DNA from: Acaryochloris marina MBIC11017
GTDB lineage: Bacteria; Cyanobacteriota; Cyanobacteriia; Thermosynechococcales; Thermosynechococcaceae
DNA length: 32,000 nt
NCBI RefSeq assembly: GCF_000018105.1
Contig: NC_009925.1
Span: 4,530,001 to 4,562,000 of the forward strand
Direction: 5' to 3'
The position numbers and the translations under genes are program-made. Below are positions 17,371 to 25,684 of this stretch, one piece after another. Position 1 is the first letter of the stretch. Each line of letters starts with the position of its first letter. A model generated the notes under the pieces. The model was given only the letters and a program-made list of their open reading frames with translations, was not told the DNA's origin and ran no database searches.

Positions 17371-19329
17371 ATGAGCACTATTCCTGGGCAAGTACGGTTG
17401 AACTGGCAAGATCCCGTTACAGGGGAACAACGCACCCCACTTTTAACCTGTCCGATTGCCTTTGGTCGCGAATTTGCGCAGATGCCTGCAGAACTCAACC
17501 ATCAGCGGGTCGCTCGAATTGTCCTCAATAGTAGCCAAGTCTCCCGTTATCACACCCTGATTGAATGGGTCCAAGGCCATATTCGCGTCACCGACCAAAA
17601 CAGCAGTAATGGGACCTGGGTGAACGGAGTCCTCCAACCTAGCTGCAACGTCAGCAATGGTGATCAACTTAAAATTGGTCCCTACGAAATCACCTTGATG
17701 TTTACCCTGGACGGCACAGGTTTACCCACCGCCGAAGCCAGTGAGCAATCCATTATCCAGGTCCCCGAGCCAGACTCTCCCGTTCCAGCTGTACCTGCTG
17801 CAGCTTCACCAGTCAACATTTTACCCCCTAACTTTCAAGCTCATCAGATTGTTGTTCAAGATCTATATGCCACTCAGCTCCCGGTGGAAGAGATCGATTA
17901 CTTAGCCGTGGGTGCAGGACTCGGCAGCTTTATTTGGGTGAATTTTCTGCGGATTTTTGGTGCCGCCCCCCAGCAAATCCGAGCCCTTGGCATCGAAGAT
18001 CGTCCCTATGCGCGTTACCAGCGACTCTGTCTCAACTCCCAGATCCCCCCTCATGAACGCCTAAGGTCCAACTCAGATTCTTGCCCTGACAACATCTGGG
18101 GATGGCCAGGTTATGCCTTACGAGAAGCGTGGCATGAGTTTAATAAAGGCAAACTCAATCCTGCCCTGCAGTATTTGTGGCAGGTCTTTGCGGAACCCAC
18201 CTTTACCCAAACCTATACCCCCAGGGCAGGCAATGTATTTGCTTCCATTGATCGGGAAGCGGTTCGGATTGGCTGGTCTCAAATCTACCGATTTGGGCGG
18301 GTCCGAGCCATCCGCAAAACCAACGATGGCCGCTATGCCATCGCCTATTCCCCCGGTCGCAAGCAAACCGCCTTTGTGGTTGCCCGTCATGTCCATCTGG
18401 CAACGGGTTATCCCGTTTTACAGTTTTTACCGGACCTGAAAGCTTATCGAGAACAAACCCGAGACTTTAAATCCGTTGTCAATGCCTACGAAGACCATAA
18501 CCATGTTTATGAAACTCTAGAGCGTCAGGGGGGCACAGTCGTTCTGCGGGGGCGAGGAATTGTCGCCTCTCGCATTATTCAACGGCTCCATGAGGCCCGT
18601 CAGCGCAATCCCAATATTTCGATTTTGCACTTGATGCGATCTCCAAAACCGAAAGGCAACCGATTTCGCAAGGCGCAGCGATCCGTCGATAATCACTTTG
18701 AATTCCAGCCCTTTAATTGGCCCAAAGCCTGTTGGGGAGGTACCTTGCGAGAAGAGTTAGAGCAAGCGACCCCTGACCAACGCACGAATTTGCTAGCCGA
18801 CTGGGGAGGGACCACCACAGCAGACCGCAAAGACTGGAAAGAGCTGGTCCAAACAGGACTCGATCAAGGGTGGTATCAAATCACCTTTGGCGAAGTTACC
18901 CGAGTTGTGCCTAATGCCCAATCTCGTCCCACAACCTATATCCAAGAGAAAGGACCCCGGGGTGAGATCAAGCTGGAAGCGGACTTTATCATTGATGCCA
19001 CTGGTTTAGATAGCAAAGTCAAGGCCAGTCCACTCCTCAATGATTTGGTCACTCACTATAATTTGCCCTTGAACCCAGCAGGGCGCTTGGCCGTCGCCAA
19101 TGACTTTGAGCTATTAGAAATGCGTAACCAAAATGGTCGCATGTATGGTGCAGGTGCCATTACCTTTGGGGGACCCTATGCTGCAGTAGACAGCTTTTTA
19201 GGATTACAGTACACCGCCCTACAAGCCGTCGATGGCTTAGTTGCAGCCCGAGCCCCCAATCTCCGTCGGCTCAATGGCCTTAGCTCATTATTGCAATGGC
19301 TGAAATGGGCCCAAAACAAAACTCCTTAA
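17371..19329 (+). CDS. FHA domain fused to a two-dinucleotide-binding-domain flavoprotein (FAD/NAD(P)-dependent oxidoreductase-like)
   Basis: The 652-aa protein has the FHA signature IAFGREF...VSRYHTLIEW...NSSNGTWVNG and a Pro-rich linker. Next come Rossmann motif 1 VGAGLGS (17908-17928) and an ATG motif, HLATGYP. Rossmann motif 2 is LRGRGIVAS (18544-18570), followed by IIDATGLD. The gene starts 12 nt after the previous stop. Confidence 0.85.
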   Translation: MSTIPGQVRLNWQDPVTGEQRTPLLTCPIAFGREFAQMPAELNHQRVARIVLNSSQVSRYHTLIEWVQGHIRVTDQNSSNGTWVNGVLQPSCNVSNGDQLKIGPYEITLMFTLDGTGLPTAEASEQSIIQVPEPDSPVPAVPAAASPVNILPPNFQAHQIVVQDLYATQLPVEEIDYLAVGAGLGSFIWVNFLRIFGAAPQQIRALGIEDRPYARYQRLCLNSQIPPHERLRSNSDSCPDNIWGWPGYALREAWHEFNKGKLNPALQYLWQVFAEPTFTQTYTPRAGNVFASIDREAVRIGWSQIYRFGRVRAIRKTNDGRYAIAYSPGRKQTAFVVARHVHLATGYPVLQFLPDLKAYREQTRDFKSVVNAYEDHNHVYETLERQGGTVVLRGRGIVASRIIQRLHEARQRNPNISILHLMRSPKPKGNRFRKAQRSVDNHFEFQPFNWPKACWGGTLREELEQATPDQRTNLLADWGGTTTADRKDWKELVQTGLDQGWYQITFGEVTRVVPNAQSRPTTYIQEKGPRGEIKLEADFIIDATGLDSKVKASPLLNDLVTHYNLPLNPAGRLAVANDFELLEMRNQNGRMYGAGAITFGGPYAAVDSFLGLQYTALQAVDGLVAARAPNLRRLNGLSSLLQWLKWAQNKTP

Positions 19330-19341
19330 CGATATCCAACC

Positions 19342-19770
19342 ATGACCCCCACTCTGCTCGGACGCTGGCAAACCCGTATTCTGCTTATGGAAACTGTGGG
19401 TCTTGTGATTACCCTCTTGTTTTGCAGTGGTTTTTTCGGTAATCCTGAAGGCTCAGATTATTTTTGGTTGTTGCAATATATTGTTGTCTTTGGTTTAGGC
19501 TGGGACTACCTTTATATCCAAATCCAGAACTTCCGTTGGGACCAAGATTGGCCAGCAGCCCTGCAATGGATCGCAGCGTTATGGGAAGGGCTTTTTATTA
19601 TTTTGCTCAGCGATGTTGCTGAGATTAAATTACCAGGAACCGATGCCTGGAATTTAGGCTGGTTTATCGTTCACTATAGTTTTGTCTGGATAGCCGTTTT
19701 TATCACCTCACAAAGTTTGATGCGCCTTATTTTTCCTCGTTGGCGATTCCGTGGAGGCCAATGGTTCTAA
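19342..19770 (+). CDS. Small Trp-rich integral membrane protein (about 4 TM), last gene of the FHA operon
   Basis: The 142-aa ORF starts 12 nt after the previous stop. It has hydrophobic helices (VGLVITLLFCSGFF, LLQYIVVFGLGW, IAALWEGLFIILL, WFIVHYSFVWIAVFI). I recognise no family. Confidence 0.65.
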   Translation: MTPTLLGRWQTRILLMETVGLVITLLFCSGFFGNPEGSDYFWLLQYIVVFGLGWDYLYIQIQNFRWDQDWPAALQWIAALWEGLFIILLSDVAEIKLPGTDAWNLGWFIVHYSFVWIAVFITSQSLMRLIFPRWRFRGGQWF

Positions 19771-20002
19771 CGCTATGGTGACGGATCAACCCCTAGCTTT
19801 AGCATGCAAGAATCCCTAGTTTAACCTGAGTTCAACACAAGTTAGCCCTTTCCTAATCCCGCAACCATTGTCGTGGAGAGAGAGTCTCTTGATAATAGTG
19901 AACAGAATTATCTCAGGTTAAAAGTTAGAAATCCGTTGTTTAGGAAGGTTCAGTGATTAAAGGAGTCGATTAAATCAAAATTATGGCCTATTAGGCTTAT
20001 AT

Positions 20003-20464
20003 TTAGTCTCTAGACTTAGCATTCGAAGCATCAACTAGCGTAAGTTGAAATTTATCCATTTTCAATTCTGTTCCATTGACCCAGGCAACTTGCTTCCCGC
20101 TCTGATTAAAGACAGTGATGGTTTTATCCTGCTGCATTTCCCAAGAAAATTCCCCCTGATTTTGAAGCGCAAACAAATGCTTTGTTTCAGGAGTATCCAG
20201 GTTGTCTGCGCTTGCTGGCAAAGAACGAAAAATACAATCTCCGACTGTATTACCCACCATAAGTAGAAAGCCAAGATGCTCTCCATTGGAGTTTTGAATA
20301 GCAAACGTTAGACCTGATTTTTGGGGCACACTAGTTTCTTCCTTTATGATGGGCTCTTCCTTTATGATGGGCTCTTCCTTTTGAGAACGAGTATTCACCT
20401 CTTTAGTAGATGTACATGAAGCCAGCAAAATAATCCCAATTGAGAGCAAGAGTCTTATCAACAT
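20003..20464 (-). CDS. Hypothetical lipoprotein
   Basis: The 153-aa protein has the signal peptide and lipobox MLIRLLLSIGIILLASC. The gene is noticeably more AT-rich than its neighbours and contains an in-frame 18-bp tandem duplication. Confidence 0.6.
   Translation of the reverse strand: MLIRLLLSIGIILLASCTSTKEVNTRSQKEEPIIKEEPIIKEETSVPQKSGLTFAIQNSNGEHLGFLLMVGNTVGDCIFRSLPASADNLDTPETKHLFALQNQGEFSWEMQQDKTITVFNQSGKQVAWVNGTELKMDKFQLTLVDASNAKSRD
20338..20381. repeat. 18-bp perfect tandem repeat (2.4 copies) inside the lipoprotein gene
   Basis: CTTCCTTTATGATGGGCT occurs at 20338-20355 and 20356-20373, with a partial third copy. It encodes EEPIIK-EEPIIK-EE on the minus strand. Confidence 0.9.
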
Positions 20465-20572
20465 AGGTAGGGTTGTCTAACAGCAATAGGCAGTAGTGAT
20501 AAAACATGAATGCAGCTCCAAAACCCACATTCAGGCAGAGTGGCTGCGGTCAATAAGGAATAGATGCAGGTT

Positions 20573-22216
20573 TTAAGAAGTGGCCCGATTGTGCTGCATG
20601 CGCAGAGCCAGAATATGCTCACAGGGGCCTTTGAAAAGCTTATTTTGCTGATGCCAATTACACGTACATTCGCCGTGAACCATTCGTTCATCTCGATCAA
20701 TGGCCACAATCGGCTGAAATGTCTTATCCCGATGCTGAACCGTTCCCTGTAACAGCAGGGTGCCCTTCCCATCCACCGAAGACTGACTGACCCGCACCGC
20801 ATTTTGATCCAGGAATCGCGTGGCTTGGGCTTCCCGTTCATTGCTAAAGCGCAGTTTATCCATGGGGAGTGGATCGCGGGCGAGTTCTCTTACCCGATAG
20901 ACCTGCTGGTTGAGATCATAGATGGCTCGTCCCGCTTGGGTATAGGCACTGAGTGCTCCTAACACTATCGATTGATCCAACCCCAAGCGTTTAGCCAGAG
21001 TAGCAGGAGCCTCCACCCAATTTTGCTTCAATGCTTCAAAGACCTGGCGCTTGGTCCAATCATCCACTTGGGCGCGGGGGGCCATTAGGTCGAAATTGCC
21101 TGCCCGTGACCAGTCATTGGCCGTCCATCCCGATAGCCCTAACGTGAAGGACATATCGTTGAGATCAGCCACATAAAACGAGGGCAGTCCTGTTCCCAAC
21201 AGATGCACCGTAAACTTCCGGGCGACAGGAATCAAACGCTCTAAAGTCAGCAATCGTCGTCGCCCCCAAACCCTGACCATTTCTGGTTTACTCCCCTGAT
21301 AAATAGAGCGGGCACAGACGATCTCTTGGTCCCAGGGCTCAAGGACCATGCGAATTGGTTCTCCGGGGGTAAGGTGATAGCGGAGGCTGCGCGGGCCATG
21401 CTTTTCTCGACGACGGCGGAGGGCAAAACAAAGGTTGTAAATATCCATCGGATGCAGGTCGAACTGAATGGCGGGTAGAGCCATGGCCGAACTGACTTGC
21501 AAAAAGCCTCGCACCCAAGTGTCGGGCAAATCGATTTTGACCTCTTTGTAGGCCGCCATGCCTGTGGTCTCGACTTCAAAGCCAGATGGATCAACTTCTA
21601 AGAGGGTTTGCCGATAGCTGCGGATTTTTTGAAATTCGTCGTATAGTGCTGCGGAGTAGTCAACATTGGTGGTGCCACAGGCAAACTCATTGACCTGATC
21701 AAAGACGTTATAGCTGGCCCCTAAGCGACCGTAGCTGGACTCATCCTGACTAAAACACTCAAAGAACACCTCATCTGGGTGGACCGTAATGACGGGGTCG
21801 AGGACAAACCAGGCATCGTAGTCTCTGCGATAGAGGTAGTCAAAATATTGTTGTCTGGCCCGATAGAAGGGGGCTAACCGACTTGAACTGCGGTGGTGTA
21901 GGTCTGTGAGTTCCGATTGGAGGGCTTGGAGTTTGTGGGTGACTTCTTGGCGTTGAGCCGCTACTAATTGCCAATCAATCTCATCCCGTTGCGCTGCCCA
22001 AGCTTTGTAGGCGGTTTTATCTTGGGGCTGAAATCGCAAGTCAGAGACCACCACATCATGAAGGGCACTAATGGCTTCGCGAAAGGCAATATTTTGCCGC
22101 AAGTGCCCCCGAAAATAGGTCGGTTCGCGGGTCAAATCCGGGGAGAAGGACATTTGGGCTTGATTGCCCTGTCCCGATACCCTGCTATTCCGCTTGTAGT
22201 TGTAGTTAAACTCCAT
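20573..22216 (-). CDS. SWIM zinc-finger protein
   Basis: The track ORF extends to 22282 and overlaps the upstream gene. ATG 22216 (MEFNYNYK) lies 35 nt after the WGR gene stop. The C-terminal CTCNWHQQNKLFKGPCEH is a CxCx12CxH SWIM signature (20615-20668). I do not recognise the large N-terminal region. Confidence 0.85.
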   Translation of the reverse strand: MEFNYNYKRNSRVSGQGNQAQMSFSPDLTREPTYFRGHLRQNIAFREAISALHDVVVSDLRFQPQDKTAYKAWAAQRDEIDWQLVAAQRQEVTHKLQALQSELTDLHHRSSSRLAPFYRARQQYFDYLYRRDYDAWFVLDPVITVHPDEVFFECFSQDESSYGRLGASYNVFDQVNEFACGTTNVDYSAALYDEFQKIRSYRQTLLEVDPSGFEVETTGMAAYKEVKIDLPDTWVRGFLQVSSAMALPAIQFDLHPMDIYNLCFALRRRREKHGPRSLRYHLTPGEPIRMVLEPWDQEIVCARSIYQGSKPEMVRVWGRRRLLTLERLIPVARKFTVHLLGTGLPSFYVADLNDMSFTLGLSGWTANDWSRAGNFDLMAPRAQVDDWTKRQVFEALKQNWVEAPATLAKRLGLDQSIVLGALSAYTQAGRAIYDLNQQVYRVRELARDPLPMDKLRFSNEREAQATRFLDQNAVRVSQSSVDGKGTLLLQGTVQHRDKTFQPIVAIDRDERMVHGECTCNWHQQNKLFKGPCEHILALRMQHNRATS

Positions 22217-22250
22217 GCAAACTCTCTCGGCTAATAGACGGCTCAATGAT

Positions 22251-25200
22251 TTAGGACAAGGCAGCAGGCTCTCGCACAGCAACTGGCTTGACTTGCAAGG
22301 GTACTGAGATCTGGGGATAGGCGCTGTGAATCTTTAATAAAATCTCCAATGCCCGAGCGCGATCGCAAATGGCAATCGTCACGGACTGGCGAGTCAAAAT
22401 TTCAGCGATAATCTCTGCAGCTTCCAGACTTTTGGTTGCTTCGGTTTCCAGAAAGGCATAGACCCGCTGCTTGGTGATCCGACCGCGATTGACTTGGGCC
22501 AAGACCCGCGTAAAGTAAGGCTTCAGTTCTTGCAGTCGCTGGGGATTATCCACCACATAGGTCTGCAGATATTGGGTAGCAAAAAGCTGCATATCGGTGG
22601 CGGGATGCTCACTAAATTTGAGCAAGTAGCTGTCTCCATCGGCATCGCGGAAACAGCGACCCACCAAATCGCGACCCAGTTGGCGAACCTGGGGAAGGTT
22701 GCTATCGCAAATGCTAATCACCACCGCAGGGGTGAGTTCATCGGGCTTTAGATCATCGCGAAACAGCTTAAAGCCAAATTGGCGGGTGTCTTCCCAGGTG
22801 GACTCCAGCACTCGTACGATATCCAGCAAATCCAATTCGCTCTGCCGCAACCGGGGCAAAATCGCTTCTAGCATTCGCCATCCGGCGGTGCGCACGGATA
22901 GCATTTCATGGTGGGTGAATTGGGCAATCTCAGTGGTGGGCAGGGTAGCCGACCAGCGATCGCAATGATGTTGCAACACATAACCTGCCATTTCCTGGGC
23001 TGCGGGGGATTCTGATTCTAGGAGTGGGTGAACCTGCTCAGGGATAATAGGGTCCATCCATCCCGGCAGATCCTGACGCAGTAGCTCCGTTAAAAAGCGA
23101 TGGATGCCCTCTGCTTCTTCCGGTGTTTGCAAGACCTCCAGTAGTGGTTGGGCCAGGTGCTGACTAAAGCTTGGTTGGGCCGCAGCCATACGCTGAATGG
23201 CTGGACGAATGGCCGAACGCATGTCAGCGAGGGGATGAGCGATCAGGGTGAGTAATAGTCCTGTTTGTTCCATCAACACCGCATCGGGCAATTGACTGAG
23301 GAGCCGTACCCCAACCACCCGCACGGAATCGAAGGGAGAATCAATCAGAGCATCAATCAGACCCGGCGGCAGTTCCGTCACCGGAGTGGTGTGGTTCAGC
23401 AGAATCCGCGCTCCAAAGGTCTGCATCTCTGCAGTGGGGTAGCGCAAGATATCCAAAACCACTTCCAAACCGAGGGTCCGCAACTGAGCCCCAAAACTGA
23501 GAAATAGGGTTTCGCTAATATCGATGACCCAGTCTTCTGTTGGGATGCTTTCAGGCGCTTGGTTTAAGAGAATGGCAATCACCTGATCCAAAATCGCCCG
23601 TGCCCTTGTATCCTCCAGTAAGGCCGTGCTTAACAGTCGGCGACTAAAGGCCCGCATATCGGCAGGTTTACAGGTTATCAACTGGGCAATTAGCTGACTG
23701 TCGTTGAGGAACACATCCCGCTGAGCCATAATCCAGTCTTGAGCTTGCTGACGAGCGGGGGCATAGTTACAGGCTGCGATCGCAAGTATCAATTCCCGAT
23801 TGGGTTGGGCTGGGTTATAGCGAGCCTGGGCGATCTCAAACCCCAACTGGGCCGTGATTTCATAGGGACGTTCCAGCAACCGGATCACGCTCTCTAAGGG
23901 TAAGTGCTCCAGAAATGATCGATTGGACCGAAGGGCTTTAACCGCAAACCCATGAACGGGCTGGCAGCAGCTGTCCAACAATAAGCGCAGTAATGCATTA
24001 GGCTGCTGGTCCCATAAATGGGGAAATGCCTCTTCCCGTCCAGGGGGAGCCGGATCACCCGGTTTATAGGAGGGCTGACAACGCCAGGCTTTATTGGCAG
24101 GCTTAAGGACATAGCGAGGGCTTTGTTCATAGAGAACATGGTTAAAAGCGAGATACCCCGCAAAGAGATCCCAGTTAACCCGCCCCGTTTCCACTCGGCT
24201 ATAGCTATTCCGCCAATCCCAACGATAGAAAACCGATTCCCGAGTGCACCCGGCATCCTCATCGGCATATTGCAACAACAGATCCACGGCAAAGGTGACA
24301 TAGCTAGGGTCGCCTGCTTGACCAAGCTTGCGCAAGGTCCGCCAAACTCGACGCCGCAGGTAGGCGCGGGTTTTGTCGCTGTAGGCTAAGCGAGTATCTG
24401 GACGCCGTTGTTCTGCGGTAATCGGATTATCCGTGGTCCGCTCATACCGTCCTGTTCGGGAATTATAGGTATACCCGGCATAGAGATATTCCCCATCCGG
24501 CAGTCGTACCCCATAGCCTTGGTTGCGGTAGAGGGCCTCTTCTTGCTCAAATCGGTAGGCCAATAGCCCAAAGACTTCAGTATCCTGGCGATATTCGGCC
24601 ATCTTGAAAATATGGCGGAGTCGCTGGAAGTAGCTGGGGCGCAATGGGGCCGATTGAATCACCTCAAGTATGGCAGGCCGGGTTAGCTCACTATCAATTT
24701 GGTACAGGATATCGAGCACGGCCAAGGTCTGGGGAGAGGCATTCGCGTCTAAGGTGCTTCTGAGGGTCTCTGTTAGTGCGTTGGCTGGGCCTTGGCGAGC
24801 CAGGGTACGCAAATCTGGCGGCAATTGTAAAATTCGCTCTTGCCGCAGGGCATCCCGTTGAGCCTCAGTCCCCAGCTTCAGGAGCGCTTCCAGGGTAATG
24901 CGCTGCACAAACTCTGCCCCAGGCTGGCGATAACGCTGTTCTAACCCCGCGTAGGTGGTCTGATCGCCACATTGCCCCAGTGCCCAGGCAATACAGTAAT
25001 TTCTCAGATCTTCTGGACTCCAAAGTTGCAGCAATAGGGGCGCTGCAGCTTGAATTTTTAATTCGCCCGCCCGCCAGATTACCCGATTTAGGGACCATTG
25101 CTTAGCCCCAGGACGGGGGGCTGCAGAGGATTGAAGAGCAGCGGCTAAGCGATTTAAGACGGCTTGCGATCGCGCATTCGGATCAACCGGTGTCTCGATT

Positions 25201-25487
25201 GGGGTGGGTGCCGGGACCGCCGTCGTCTCTGGTGGGCTAGCTTCTCCCGTACTGACGCGATACCCTTTGCGCAATTTGGCATTGATTAGTCGATCAAAGA
25301 TACGCTGCGCCATTTCTAACGGCACCGCAGACACCGTTTCGGAACCTTCCTTTAAGGCGGTGCCTTGGCGACCATAGCGAAAATTAACCACATAAGCCTC
25401 GTCACTCACCTGGCACAGATCCACCTCATACACTTTTTCAGTACGACCCGCTTGATATACCAGGGTGGTTCGCTGAATCAGTTGCAT
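22251..25487 (-). CDS. Large WGR-domain protein with a HEAT/ARM-like alpha-solenoid body
   Basis: The 1078-aa protein has an N-terminal ~80 aa that match the WGR pattern: TLVYQAGRTEKVYEVDL...YVVNFRYGRQGTALKEGSETV...A..IFDRLINAKLRKGYR. A Pro/Thr linker follows, then PBS-lyase-type HEAT motifs (e.g. AAPLLLQLW...CIAWALGQCGD). The rest is a long leucine-rich helical repeat region. Confidence 0.88.
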   Translation of the reverse strand: MQLIQRTTLVYQAGRTEKVYEVDLCQVSDEAYVVNFRYGRQGTALKEGSETVSAVPLEMAQRIFDRLINAKLRKGYRVSTGEASPPETTAVPAPTPIETPVDPNARSQAVLNRLAAALQSSAAPRPGAKQWSLNRVIWRAGELKIQAAAPLLLQLWSPEDLRNYCIAWALGQCGDQTTYAGLEQRYRQPGAEFVQRITLEALLKLGTEAQRDALRQERILQLPPDLRTLARQGPANALTETLRSTLDANASPQTLAVLDILYQIDSELTRPAILEVIQSAPLRPSYFQRLRHIFKMAEYRQDTEVFGLLAYRFEQEEALYRNQGYGVRLPDGEYLYAGYTYNSRTGRYERTTDNPITAEQRRPDTRLAYSDKTRAYLRRRVWRTLRKLGQAGDPSYVTFAVDLLLQYADEDAGCTRESVFYRWDWRNSYSRVETGRVNWDLFAGYLAFNHVLYEQSPRYVLKPANKAWRCQPSYKPGDPAPPGREEAFPHLWDQQPNALLRLLLDSCCQPVHGFAVKALRSNRSFLEHLPLESVIRLLERPYEITAQLGFEIAQARYNPAQPNRELILAIAACNYAPARQQAQDWIMAQRDVFLNDSQLIAQLITCKPADMRAFSRRLLSTALLEDTRARAILDQVIAILLNQAPESIPTEDWVIDISETLFLSFGAQLRTLGLEVVLDILRYPTAEMQTFGARILLNHTTPVTELPPGLIDALIDSPFDSVRVVGVRLLSQLPDAVLMEQTGLLLTLIAHPLADMRSAIRPAIQRMAAAQPSFSQHLAQPLLEVLQTPEEAEGIHRFLTELLRQDLPGWMDPIIPEQVHPLLESESPAAQEMAGYVLQHHCDRWSATLPTTEIAQFTHHEMLSVRTAGWRMLEAILPRLRQSELDLLDIVRVLESTWEDTRQFGFKLFRDDLKPDELTPAVVISICDSNLPQVRQLGRDLVGRCFRDADGDSYLLKFSEHPATDMQLFATQYLQTYVVDNPQRLQELKPYFTRVLAQVNRGRITKQRVYAFLETEATKSLEAAEIIAEILTRQSVTIAICDRARALEILLKIHSAYPQISVPLQVKPVAVREPAALS

Positions 25488-25684
25488 GCAAATATTCCTA
25501 ACGATTCAATCAACAAAGGGAGAGGAAGCAAAGGGATTAGAATAGTATTTATGTACTAATTCTAGGCTACCTTTATCCCAACAGCAAGTCCGTCCTTCTG
25601 GAACATTGCCAGGTCGGGGAATGGACAAACCATCCCCCTAGGTTTCCCAATGCCACGCTCTAGTCCAGCTTTTTAATCGAGCAA

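Noticed and set aside
14823-22358. The 7.5-kb HIP1-free stretch as proof of horizontal acquisition of the FHA locus and the SWIM gene
   Set aside because: A 4.5-kb HIP1-free gap also covers the core leuC region (1304-5821), so the statistic is weak at this scale. I mention it only as a minor note under the HIP1 finding.
22494-25559. Numerous 60-140-aa ORFs on both strands within the WGR gene (e.g. 23894..24325 -, 24018..24389 +)
   Set aside because: All are nested in the 1078-aa frame, which has a coherent domain structure. None has a plausible start context or a recognisable motif.
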